Assembly: GCA_038997165.1 (NCBI GenBank)
Contig: JAWBAK010000001.1
Coordinates: forward strand, 408,917-472,916
Direction of reading: 5' to 3'
DNA: 64,000 bases
From: Candidatus Aenigmatarchaeota archaeon
GTDB lineage: Archaea; Aenigmatarchaeota; Aenigmatarchaeia; CG10238-14; SpSt-28
Every line of letters starts with the position of its first letter. Within the stretch, counting starts at the first letter, position 1. This document shows, piece after piece, positions 1 through 9,844 of this stretch. A program made the translations under genes and the position numbers. Under the pieces are notes generated by a model. The model did no database searches and had not been told where the DNA came from. It was given only the letters and a program-made list of their open reading frames with translations.

Positions 1-1
1 A

Positions 2-344
2 GGTGGATATCGAGGTTCAGGTGGTTCAGGCGGCATTTCAACAGGAATATATCTTTTAAATTCTTTCAACAATACATTTTTTTCAAACTCAATATTTAAT
101 TTAACAGGAGGAACAGGAGGAACAGGTGGATACTATGGTTCAGGTGGTTCAGGCGGTATTTCAACAGGAATATATCTTTTAAATTCTTTCAACAATACAT
201 TTTTTTCAAACTCAATATTTAATTTAACAGGTGGAACAGGAGGAACACGTGGAACAGGTGGATTCTATGGTTCAGGCGGCATTTCAACAGGAATATATCT
301 TTTAAATTCTTTCAATAATACATTTTTTTCAAACTCAATATTTA
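2..344 (+). repeat. 123-bp (41-aa) in-frame tandem repeat, about 2.8 copies visible, probably continuing left of the window
   Basis: ATTTCAACAGGAATATATCTTTTAAATTCTTTCAA starts at 35, 158 and 281; unit is GGxxGSGGSGGISTGIYLLNSFNNTFFSNSIFNLTGGTGGT. Confidence 0.95.
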
Positions 345-3300
345 TCTCTAATTTTTCTTTTTCAATCTACAATTCTTCAAATAATTTAATATATAATAAT
401 CTTTTAAGGAGTAGAAATATAGTACAATTTATTTCTCCAATTTTCCGAAACTTTTGGAATATAAGCAAAACCCTAATTGAAAATAAAAATATCGTAGAAG
501 GAGACTATTTGGGTGGTAATGCTTATTTGGGTTTAATTGAAAATTATTCTTCTACCTGTATTGATGAGGATGAAGATTATATTTGCGATTATCCATACGA
601 TTTAATAAATAGAAGATTTTGTGTAATTGGGGTTAATTGTTCGAATAATACGGATTTTCTTCCACTAAGGCCTAGAATAGCTATTATAACCTATGAAGAA
701 AATTTCCCAACTCTAAAGTATTTTTTAAATAAGAACACAACTCATATAATAAGATTTTCTGTAGAAAGTGTTATTGAAGATATTTTAAAAGTAGAAGTAA
801 ATTTACCTAATGAATTTGTTTTTATATCAGAATCTAATAGAACCTCAGCTGCTAATTCTATATTTTATAATATTTCTAATAAACTGATATGGGAAAATAG
901 TACACAATTACCATTAGTTCCTATAGGAAGGAAAGAGAGTTTTGAGTTTAGTATTATAACTCCATCTATTTTAGGAGAATATTCTTTACTAATTACTGTA
1001 TATTCTTCACAAGGATCATATATTAATCTATCTGTTCCTTTATATGTTAAAACAATTGCAATAAATTTCTCTATTGACAAATATGTTTCTAATATTAACG
1101 ATACAATAAAAATTTTTGGAAATCTTTTGTTATTACCAGATAATATACCTATAAATAATACAAAAGTTGTAATAAGTATAGATGAGGAAATTATAAGTGA
1201 TACATGTTTTTCAGATGAAAGTGGTATATTTGATTGCTATATAGAAATTTTTGATAAACCATTAGGTATACATAAAATAAAAATAAATACAACAAACTAT
1301 CAAGGAATTTATGGAGAAAACGAAACTTTTATAGAAATTAGAAATTTAACATTCTTTGATTTAGCTTTACTTGATTCTCATAATCAAATGGATAATATTT
1401 TAAATCCGAATGAAGTTTTTAAATTAACTTTAAGAATTAGAGAATTTAATGGTAGTAGTTATTTCGAAGTTACTGAAGGTAATTTTAACTTAACTATCGA
1501 TGGAATTAATTATTCCTTAATTTATGATAACGATTTATCAAAGTGGAAGACTTTAGAAACTTTTAGATCTAATCTTATTTTAGGAGATCATACAATTAAC
1601 GCATATATTACTGGATATTCTTTACCAAATAAAGTAATTTCAGATAATATTTTACTAAGTTTTAACTATCAACTTAAAAAGATTTTTATCGAAATGTATC
1701 CAACAAATAAAATTTATAATACAAGTTATTTAATTGGAAAATCGATTTTACTGCCTGATAACTTATCTTTAGTTAATAATTTAACTAATCTATACTTTAA
1801 TGACAACCTTCTATTTCAAAATTATACAGATGAATATGGCAATTTTACATTTCAATTCAACACTCCTTTATTGGGTATACATAAAATAAAAATAAATACA
1901 ACAAACTATCAAGGAATTTATGGAGAAAACGAAACTCTTATAGAAATTTGGGCACCAACAGAATTAACAGGATATTATGAAATTATTCAAGATTTTATTT
2001 CAAATTCAAGTTGCACAATAGCAACTATAAGAGTTGGAAATTATACTAGAATTGATACAAATGAACTTATTGAAGGAGAAATAAAAATAACAATAGATTC
2101 AATAACAAAAAACTGTTTTAGCAATTATTACTGCGAAGTTAACTTTACAGTTGGAAGTAATTGTGAAATTAGTGGAGGAAATAAAACTATTTTAGTTGAA
2201 GCTTTTAATGAAAGTAGTTTTTATGAAAAAGCAAGTTTTACCTTTAATTATTATTTAGAAGAAATAACAACAACTGCAAGAATTGTTACTCATAATTTAA
2301 CAGTTTATAATGTTACTCAAAATGAAGATAAAATAGAACAATTTAATATAACAATAATCAATACTGGAAAGGGAACTATGCGTAATGTAATGATTTCAAA
2401 ATATTCTGGACCATTTCAAGTAATTAACATAACTCCAATTCCAGATGTTTTGCCAGAAAGTGAAATTAATGTAACATTTAGCATTATAATTCCAGCGGGA
2501 ACAACTCCAGGGAGCTATAATCAAGTTTATAATGTTTCATGGATTAATAATAATTTACAAAAATCAAGCCCAATTTATTCTCCCATTCAAGTAATTACAG
2601 TTGTTGGAAATCCACAAATAGAGTTAAGTACTTACAATATAACTCGAGTTATTGAGCATAATCAAAGCTTTTCTTTAAATGTATTAATAAATAATACTGG
2701 AAACGCTCCTTTACAAGATGTTTGGGTAAATTATACTGAAATAAATCTTCCAAAAGAATGGATAACAATAACTCCAAATTATTGGGAAAGCATAGATAGT
2801 GGTTCAGCACAAAGTTTTTTAGTAACAATTAATATTCCATTAGCAACATCTCCAGGTTTATATAAAGGAATAATAAATGTTACTTCTCATATAGGTTATC
2901 CTGATGAAAGATTTAAGGAAATTGAAGTTAACGTAATAGTTCCGATAGATTCTAGATGGGAAATGGAAATTTTTGCTAGAAATGGAAGTAAAGTAGATCG
3001 AATAGAAGAAACTTATGGTTTAAACGAAGCTGGTTTGTTAGGAATTATAGTTATTAAGAATTTAGGAAATATACCTTTAAACTTTACTTTATCTTATACT
3101 TCTGTTGAAGGTTTTAATGATCCAAAAACTCAAAACCCAACGGTATTTGAGGAAAATAAAATTGTTAATGATGAACTTTTCAACCCAACTTATTTGTTTG
3201 TTGATAAACAGGAAGAGAAAGAAATAAAACTCTGGCAAAATGGTTTTCATGTTGCAGTAAGTTTTGGTTTAAACCTAACAATAGCTAACAATACCGCAAC

Positions 3301-6300
3301 CCCCTCAACAAACTTCACAATTTTTATTTGGCATATTGTTGATCAACCACCATACATAACTAATTTAACATATAGCGAATTTATTGAAATTAAAAAGTTG
3401 CAAATAATAAGAGCATTTTTTGATGATGATCAAGATCAACTAAATTTAATTTATTTAAATATAACATTACCAAATTCAACAATCGATAATATAATTTGTA
3501 AAAGCGGAAAAAGTGGAAGCTTAACAGATGGTTATCATAGTTGCAGCTATTATCCACCAATTGAAGGAATTTATAATGTTAATTTAACAGCTTGCGATTC
3601 TGGAAATAAATGTAGAACAATAAGTTTTAATTTTACAGCTTTTGCAAAAACTCAATTATCAATTTCTCCAATCGATAACTATTATTATGTATACAATATT
3701 ACTCAAATAAATTCTGCTACAATTTCTTTAAACATTTATATTAGAAATTTAAACGATACAGTTAGTGCGTATAATGTAACTTTAACATCTTCGCCACCAG
3801 CAGATACAAATTGGATAATTCATTCTATAAACATATCCCAAATTTTACCAAACACAACTATATATACAATGCTTAATATAACAATTCCCCAAGGAACTAG
3901 TGCAAGGGAATATACTATTAAACCATATGTAACTTGGCAAAATCCAGATGAAAGTATAGGAATTGCTTATTCTTCTCAAACTATAACAATAAATGTTTTG
4001 CCAACAAGAATTTTAAATATTAGTGAATATCCAAATAGTTTATTAGTAAATCATAATTCTTCAATTTCTACAAACTTTACTATTCAATCTATAGGTAATT
4101 CAGAAGTAAGAAATATAACATTCTTATGTCAAAGAGAAACAACTTTATGTAATTATATTAGTTTTTCTCCAAGCTTTATTCCAAGTTTAAATGCAAACGA
4201 AACAATAAACATTACTTTAACTATAGATTTGCCATTAGGTTTTTCTAGTGGAAAATATTATCCAATAATAAATGTTACTAGCATAGATGATATCAAACAA
4301 TTTGAAATCGAAATTAATGTTCCAGAAGATTATAATTATTCGATAGATAAAGAAGAAATATTGTTAAAAATATTAGCTGGAAAAAATATAACTAAGGAAA
4401 TTTTGAATATAACAAATATTGGAAATAAATTATTAACATTTAATATAAGCCTAGAAGGAAATGTAACAGAAATATTGAGCTTAGTTGAAAATTATAAAGA
4501 AATAAATCCAGCTCAAAGCTTTGTTCTTATTGCAAATATTAGTCCACCAAATTACTTATCGATTTACGAAGGAAACATTTCAATAAATGAAATTAAACTA
4601 GGAATTAAAAAGGTACCAATAAGAATAGAAGTTTATCCTGCTGAAATAGTTATTAATTATCCAAATTCTGAAGCTCCAATTATAGATGTTTTAGAGAATC
4701 AAAAAATAGAAATAAATTTAACTTTTAGAATAGGAGATGAAATAATAACTTCAAACACATCTTTTACAATTTTAATTTCTAATAATACATGCAATATAAG
4801 TAAAGTAGAAGTAATAAATGATAATTGGATAATTGAATGTAGCTTACCAAAAAATGAAGATGGAAAATGGCATGATTTAACTATAAAAGCTTATTATGAA
4901 ACTTATGACATTTTAGTTGAAAAAACAGAAGTTAATGCAATATATTATAAAGATATTACTCCACCAAAATTAATTTCAAAAGAAATTCCAAGCGTAGAAT
5001 TTCCAAATAACGTAACAATAAAATTAAATTTAAGCGATAATGTAGCTATAGATAAAGTTTTAATGTATATAAAGCAATTAAACAAAACTTATGAATTATT
5101 AACAGAAAATAACATTACTTGGGAAATTACGATAGAAAATTTGGAGCCAAACGATTACGATTTAATATTTATAATAAACGATACAACAAACAATACATTA
5201 ATATTTGAAGATTATTTTGAAGTATACGTTTCTAAAAACATTTGGGTTAATATAACAAATAGCAGAGATGAATATGTTAGCATAAACTTTACGTTTTATA
5301 GAAATAATACAAATCAAATATTGCAAAAAGAATATGTATATGGATATAAAAACTTTACAGTTCATTTAAGAACTTACGATTTATTAATAGAAAGTAATGA
5401 GGCAAAAATAAAATTATATAACTTATCTACTTTTGATTTACCAGACGATTTTATAAAATACGATAAAGTTTATCCAACAGAAGTAAATCTTTATAAGCCT
5501 TTAGGAGGCTTTGCAATAATAACTCCAATAGAAATCGATTCAACAATAAGAATTTATTATGACATTTCAATAGCTCAGCAATATGGAGCAATAGAGGATA
5601 ATTTAAAAATAATTTATTGTAATAGCTGGGACTTTTATCAAAAAACTTGCTCAGAATGGATTCAATTACCTTCTAGAGTAGATAAAAGATATAAATTTGT
5701 AGAAGCAGAGACTAAATTTAAACAAGGAGCATATTTAGTTGCTGAAGGAATAAGAAAAGAAGCAAGATTAGATATTTATGATCCATTACCAATAGATGTT
5801 CATCATTGGCAAAAATATACTATTAGATTTACTATTCAATCGAGCGGAACAGATCCAGTAAGTAATATAAGAGTTGAATGTTTATATGGAACTGTTTGCT
5901 ATGAATTTAATCCAGAATATATTCCATTTGTAGGAACTTTAATGCCTGGAGAAAGCAGAGAAATAGAAATTAATGTAACAATTCCAGCTGGTTATAATGC
6001 AGGAAATTATGTTGGAACATTAAGAATTATAAGCGCAGAAGGAATAGAAAGAATTACATATCTAAGAGTTAATGTTTTAAATAACTATAGTTTTATTACT
6101 AATGATTATTTCGAAGTTAAAAAAGGAAAAGGCTTTGGAGTTTTAACCAATTTAACAATAAAAAGCATTGCAAATAACGATTTATTATTAAAAATAAATA
6201 CTTCTCAAAACATTTCAACTCTAAGTGAATTTATTTTAAGGAAATTAGAAGAAAAAACAATTCCAATATATTATAATTTAGATAAGGAAGGAAATTATTT

Positions 6301-9300
6301 AGAAAAATTAATTTTACATAACGAGACTCTTAATATTTCAAAGGAAATTCAGTTTAATATAACAATTGTTAACTTTACAATATTTTTATTAAATCCAACA
6401 AATCAAATAGAAATTTATCCAAACCAAACTCTAAACATTTCTTTAAAAACATTTTTTGAAGAAAAAGAAATTAAAGAAAATATTTCTTTTAGAGTTTTCT
6501 TAAACGAAAAAGAATGCAAAATAATTAATATTACTTATAATGGATCGTTTGAAATTTCTTGTATAGTTCCAATAACAAAAGTTTTTAACGATTTAATAAT
6601 AGAAGCATCTTATGGAGAATTTACTTCTTATTTAAAGAGAGAAAATTTAATTAAAGTAATAGATAATATAGAACCAACAGTTAAAATTCATACTCTTGAT
6701 TTTGAAATAAACAAAATAAACGAAATAATTGCCGAAATAGATGATAACGATATTATAAAAGAAGTAACTTTTGTTTTAGTATTTCCAAATCAAACAGAAA
6801 TAGTTTTAATTCCAGAAAAAATAGATAATTTATATAAATCTAGCGTTTTTATAGAAGAAAAAGGAGATTATTTAATAAAAGTTATTGCTATAGATAACTC
6901 TTCTAATTCGAAAATAGAGCAAAAGTTAATAAGAGCTGGGGAAAAAGTTAGAATTACTACAAAAGCTATCGATATAGATAATAAAATTGTAAAAATGTAT
7001 ATAGATTTAATTAATCCAATTTCTAATCAAAAAGAGTATGAATTAAGACCAGATGAAAACGCAACAATAAATCAAACAATATTTGCTGGAAAATATAATT
7101 TAAGAATAAAAATAGAAGATTCTGAAATAATTTATTTCGATGTTATTATTAACAAATCCATAGATGATATAGTTAAAATAGATGTATTTAATGTTCATTT
7201 GGCAAACATTTCTAAATTAAGAAATAGATTTTTTGCGTTTGCAATTAAAGAAAATTTCGAATTTAATAATTATACATTAATTTTTGATATTTCTCAACAT
7301 TCTCATTTAATTTTAAAGGTCGAAAATTTAAGAATTTATAAGTGTAAAGATTGGATATTAGAAAGTAGAGAATGTAATTCAACTTGGATAGAAATAATTC
7401 CAAAAATTGATTTAAAAGCTTCAAAAATATTTTTCGAATTTAATTCAAGCTCAGCATATTTATTTGCAGAAGCAGTAATATGTGGAGATGGAATTTGTGA
7501 TATATTAGAGAATTGTAATAATTGTCCAATTGATTGCGGTCAATGTCCAACAACACCTTCTATACCTTCTATACCATATACCTCGCCTATAAGAGAAGCT
7601 CCATTACCTTCTATTGATTATTCAAAAATGCAAGAAATTCTAAAACAAATTGCAGAAAAAATAGAGGTTAGAACAGAAGAATTGTATTTTGAGTTAAAGC
7701 AAGGAGAAAAAGAAATTAAGAAAATATACATAGCAAATAATAAAGAAAAGGATGTTTATGCAGAGATAGAGCTTTATGGTGATATTGTTAAGTTCTTGAG
7801 GTATGCAAACAAAAGGATTTTAATAAACAAAAAATCTACAAATTATTTTGAAGTTATTGCTGAGATTCCAAAAGATCAAGAAGCTGGAATTTATAGAGGA
7901 TATGCTAAAATAATAATAGAAAATGAATCCTTTATAGTTCCTATAACTGTTAAAGTTATTCCAGCAGAAATGAAACTTTTAGATTTAAAAATGAGTTTAT
8001 TAAGCGATAAAGTTAAGCCAGGGGATTATTTAAGAGCAGAAATAATATTATATAACTTAGGAAAAACAAAAAGAGTTGATGTTAACTTAACTCTAAGTTT
8101 AATAGATAGTGAAAATCTAGTTGAAATTACAAGAGCAGAAGAAAGTTTAGCAGTTGAGACATCTTTAACAAAAATATTTTCACTAAAAATTCCTAAGGAT
8201 ATAATAGAAAAAAGATATTTAGTTAAAGCAATAGCGACATATTTAACAGAAAATATTAAGCAAGAAGCAGTAGCAAGCGCATTTGTAACTATTGAAACTC
8301 CATTATTGGAAAAAGAAATTTTAGGTATGCAATTAAAAACTTTATTAACTTATTTCTTAATATTTAGCTTTGGTTCAGCAATTTCTTATATAGCTATAAT
8401 TTCATACATTAAAAAGAAAGAAAAAGAAAAAAGGTTTAAAGTAACTATAGATTTTTCAACCTTACCACAACCTTCTGAAAATTCTGCATTTATTGGAAAT
8501 ATTGCGGAAACAGCGAGAAGAGCATTTATTTATTTAGATGATTTAAAAATGCATACTTTAATAGCTGGAGCAACAGGTAGCGGAAAAACTATTAGTGCAA
8601 TGGTAATTGCAGAAGAAGCTTTATTAAAAAATAAAAATGTAATTGTTTTTGATCCAACCGCACAATGGACAGGTTTCCTAAGAAAATGTAAAGAAAAATA
8701 TATGCTTAAAGAATACTCTAAGTTTGGAATGAGTATTAAGCAAGCAAGAGGTTTTCCAGGAAAAATAAAAATAATTACTTCGCCATATCAAAAAATTAGA
8801 TTAAAAGAAATTATTGAAAATCCAAAGGGAAATATTTATATATTTGTTCTTAATAGATTAAGGCCAGAAGAAATAGATATATTTGTTGCAAACACTATTC
8901 AAGAAATATTTAATTCTAGATTAGAAGAAAGTAAAGATTTAAGATGTTTAATAGTTTACGATGAAGTTCATAGATTATTGCCAAAATTTGGTGGTAGTGG
9001 AAAAGGATTTTTAGCCTTAGAAAGAGGGGTAAGAGAATTTAGAAAGTGGGGAATAGGTTTGGTACTAATTTCTCAAGTTTTAAGTGATTTTGTTGGAGAA
9101 ATTAGAGCAAACATAGGAACAGAAATACAATTAAGAACAAGATATGAAGGAGATTTAGATAGAATAAAAATGAAGTATGGAGAGGAATTTGTTTCTCAAA
9201 TAGTTAAAGCAAATATTGGTACAGGAATGATTGTTAATAGCGAATATAATAAAGGAAGACCTTATTTTGTTACTTTTAGACCAATATTACATCAAGTAAC

Positions 9301-9838
9301 AAGATTAAGCGAAAAAGATTTAGATGAATATGATAAAAGAGATAGAAAAATTGAAGAATTAAAGTTCTATATAGAAGAATTAAAGAAGCATGGAATAGAC
9401 GTTTTTGATATTGAAACAGAATTAAATTTAGCAGAAAGTAAATTAATGCAAGGAGCTTTTGATATTGTTGACATATATCTAGAGGGAATAGAACCAAGAA
9501 TTAAAAAAGAGTTTGAAAAAAGAAAAATTAAAATTCCAAAGTATGAGGAATTAACAATAGAAAAGAAAGAGATAGAAGAAATAGTTGAAAAAGCTAAAAA
9601 AGAAAGAGAAAGAGTAGCTGAAAAAGAGAAGAAAAATTATGAAGAAATACTTAAAGAAATTAACGATATAGAGGAAATGATAAAAAACCTTAGAAGAGAG
9701 GGAAAAGATACATTTGATTTGGAAATAGATTTAGAAAGGATAAAATCAAGAATAAAAATATATGAAAAAACTAAAGAAGAAAAAATATTAAATGAAATAG
9801 AAGAGATGCTTAATAATATAAAAAGTTTGAAAAAATAA
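2..9838 (+). CDS. Giant surface protein (beta-helix, Ig-like/NEW3-type repeats, Cys-rich motif, single TM helix) fused to a C-terminal HerA/VirB4-like (DUF87-type) P-loop ATPase; 5'-truncated, more than 3278 aa
   Basis: The frame is open from nt 2, 169 codons upstream of the TTG at 509. N-terminal Gly-rich beta-helix repeats with a NosD-like cap (WNISKT..GGN..C.DEDEDYICD.PY..DFLPL); many IP.G..PG.Y motifs; CGDGICD..ENCNNCPIDCGQC (~7481-7546); TM ~8342-8410 followed by KKKEKEKR; Walker A AGATGSGKT (~8564-8590); Walker B LIVYDEVH; REFRKWGIGLVLISQ. Confidence 0.9.
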   Translation, partial: GGYRGSGGSGGISTGIYLLNSFNNTFFSNSIFNLTGGTGGTGGYYGSGGSGGISTGIYLLNSFNNTFFSNSIFNLTGGTGGTRGTGGFYGSGGISTGIYLLNSFNNTFFSNSIFISNFSFSIYNSSNNLIYNNLLRSRNIVQFISPIFRNFWNISKTLIENKNIVEGDYLGGNAYLGLIENYSSTCIDEDEDYICDYPYDLINRRFCVIGVNCSNNTDFLPLRPRIAIITYEENFPTLKYFLNKNTTHIIRFSVESVIEDILKVEVNLPNEFVFISESNRTSAANSIFYNISNKLIWENSTQLPLVPIGRKESFEFSIITPSILGEYSLLITVYSSQGSYINLSVPLYVKTIAINFSIDKYVSNINDTIKIFGNLLLLPDNIPINNTKVVISIDEEIISDTCFSDESGIFDCYIEIFDKPLGIHKIKINTTNYQGIYGENETFIEIRNLTFFDLALLDSHNQMDNILNPNEVFKLTLRIREFNGSSYFEVTEGNFNLTIDGINYSLIYDNDLSKWKTLETFRSNLILGDHTINAYITGYSLPNKVISDNILLSFNYQLKKIFIEMYPTNKIYNTSYLIGKSILLPDNLSLVNNLTNLYFNDNLLFQNYTDEYGNFTFQFNTPLLGIHKIKINTTNYQGIYGENETLIEIWAPTELTGYYEIIQDFISNSSCTIATIRVGNYTRIDTNELIEGEIKITIDSITKNCFSNYYCEVNFTVGSNCEISGGNKTILVEAFNESSFYEKASFTFNYYLEEITTTARIVTHNLTVYNVTQNEDKIEQFNITIINTGKGTMRNVMISKYSGPFQVINITPIPDVLPESEINVTFSIIIPAGTTPGSYNQVYNVSWINNNLQKSSPIYSPIQVITVVGNPQIELSTYNITRVIEHNQSFSLNVLINNTGNAPLQDVWVNYTEINLPKEWITITPNYWESIDSGSAQSFLVTINIPLATSPGLYKGIINVTSHIGYPDERFKEIEVNVIVPIDSRWEMEIFARNGSKVDRIEETYGLNEAGLLGIIVIKNLGNIPLNFTLSYTSVEGFNDPKTQNPTVFEENKIVNDELFNPTYLFVDKQEEKEIKLWQNGFHVAVSFGLNLTIANNTATPSTNFTIFIWHIVDQPPYITNLTYSEFIEIKKLQIIRAFFDDDQDQLNLIYLNITLPNSTIDNIICKSGKSGSLTDGYHSCSYYPPIEGIYNVNLTACDSGNKCRTISFNFTAFAKTQLSISPIDNYYYVYNITQINSATISLNIYIRNLNDTVSAYNVTLTSSPPADTNWIIHSINISQILPNTTIYTMLNITIPQGTSAREYTIKPYVTWQNPDESIGIAYSSQTITINVLPTRILNISEYPNSLLVNHNSSISTNFTIQSIGNSEVRNITFLCQRETTLCNYISFSPSFIPSLNANETINITLTIDLPLGFSSGKYYPIINVTSIDDIKQFEIEINVPEDYNYSIDKEEILLKILAGKNITKEILNITNIGNKLLTFNISLEGNVTEILSLVENYKEINPAQSFVLIANISPPNYLSIYEGNISINEIKLGIKKVPIRIEVYPAEIVINYPNSEAPIIDVLENQKIEINLTFRIGDEIITSNTSFTILISNNTCNISKVEVINDNWIIECSLPKNEDGKWHDLTIKAYYETYDILVEKTEVNAIYYKDITPPKLISKEIPSVEFPNNVTIKLNLSDNVAIDKVLMYIKQLNKTYELLTENNITWEITIENLEPNDYDLIFIINDTTNNTLIFEDYFEVYVSKNIWVNITNSRDEYVSINFTFYRNNTNQILQKEYVYGYKNFTVHLRTYDLLIESNEAKIKLYNLSTFDLPDDFIKYDKVYPTEVNLYKPLGGFAIITPIEIDSTIRIYYDISIAQQYGAIEDNLKIIYCNSWDFYQKTCSEWIQLPSRVDKRYKFVEAETKFKQGAYLVAEGIRKEARLDIYDPLPIDVHHWQKYTIRFTIQSSGTDPVSNIRVECLYGTVCYEFNPEYIPFVGTLMPGESREIEINVTIPAGYNAGNYVGTLRIISAEGIERITYLRVNVLNNYSFITNDYFEVKKGKGFGVLTNLTIKSIANNDLLLKINTSQNISTLSEFILRKLEEKTIPIYYNLDKEGNYLEKLILHNETLNISKEIQFNITIVNFTIFLLNPTNQIEIYPNQTLNISLKTFFEEKEIKENISFRVFLNEKECKIINITYNGSFEISCIVPITKVFNDLIIEASYGEFTSYLKRENLIKVIDNIEPTVKIHTLDFEINKINEIIAEIDDNDIIKEVTFVLVFPNQTEIVLIPEKIDNLYKSSVFIEEKGDYLIKVIAIDNSSNSKIEQKLIRAGEKVRITTKAIDIDNKIVKMYIDLINPISNQKEYELRPDENATINQTIFAGKYNLRIKIEDSEIIYFDVIINKSIDDIVKIDVFNVHLANISKLRNRFFAFAIKENFEFNNYTLIFDISQHSHLILKVENLRIYKCKDWILESRECNSTWIEIIPKIDLKASKIFFEFNSSSAYLFAEAVICGDGICDILENCNNCPIDCGQCPTTPSIPSIPYTSPIREAPLPSIDYSKMQEILKQIAEKIEVRTEELYFELKQGEKEIKKIYIANNKEKDVYAEIELYGDIVKFLRYANKRILINKKSTNYFEVIAEIPKDQEAGIYRGYAKIIIENESFIVPITVKVIPAEMKLLDLKMSLLSDKVKPGDYLRAEIILYNLGKTKRVDVNLTLSLIDSENLVEITRAEESLAVETSLTKIFSLKIPKDIIEKRYLVKAIATYLTENIKQEAVASAFVTIETPLLEKEILGMQLKTLLTYFLIFSFGSAISYIAIISYIKKKEKEKRFKVTIDFSTLPQPSENSAFIGNIAETARRAFIYLDDLKMHTLIAGATGSGKTISAMVIAEEALLKNKNVIVFDPTAQWTGFLRKCKEKYMLKEYSKFGMSIKQARGFPGKIKIITSPYQKIRLKEIIENPKGNIYIFVLNRLRPEEIDIFVANTIQEIFNSRLEESKDLRCLIVYDEVHRLLPKFGGSGKGFLALERGVREFRKWGIGLVLISQVLSDFVGEIRANIGTEIQLRTRYEGDLDRIKMKYGEEFVSQIVKANIGTGMIVNSEYNKGRPYFVTFRPILHQVTRLSEKDLDEYDKRDRKIEELKFYIEELKKHGIDVFDIETELNLAESKLMQGAFDIVDIYLEGIEPRIKKEFEKRKIKIPKYEELTIEKKEIEEIVEKAKKERERVAEKEKKNYEEILKEINDIEEMIKNLRREGKDTFDLEIDLERIKSRIKIYEKTKEEKILNEIEEMLNNIKSLKK
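1265..1948 (+). repeat. 75-bp near-identical direct repeat (1265-1339 and 1874-1948) within the giant gene
   Basis: GGTATACATAAAATAAAAATAAATACAACAAACTATCAAGGAATTTATGGAGAAAACGAAACT(T/C)TTATAGAAATT, one mismatch; encodes GIHKIKINTTNYQGIYGENET(F/L)IEI. Confidence 0.95.
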
Positions 9839-9844
9839 ACAAAT

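Noticed and set aside
2..344. Possible CRISPR array (regular repeats with variable intervals)
   Set aside because: The period is 123 bp with a constant block of about 75 bp, in frame and coding; the variable parts are related Gly codon runs, not unique spacers; no cas genes
509..511. TTG start of the giant ORF given in the track
   Set aside because: The frame is open and clearly coding from nt 2; the real start lies left of the window
1265..1948. Possible diversity-generating retroelement TR/VR pair
   Set aside because: Only one mismatch, both copies lie in the same CDS, and no reverse transcriptase is in the window
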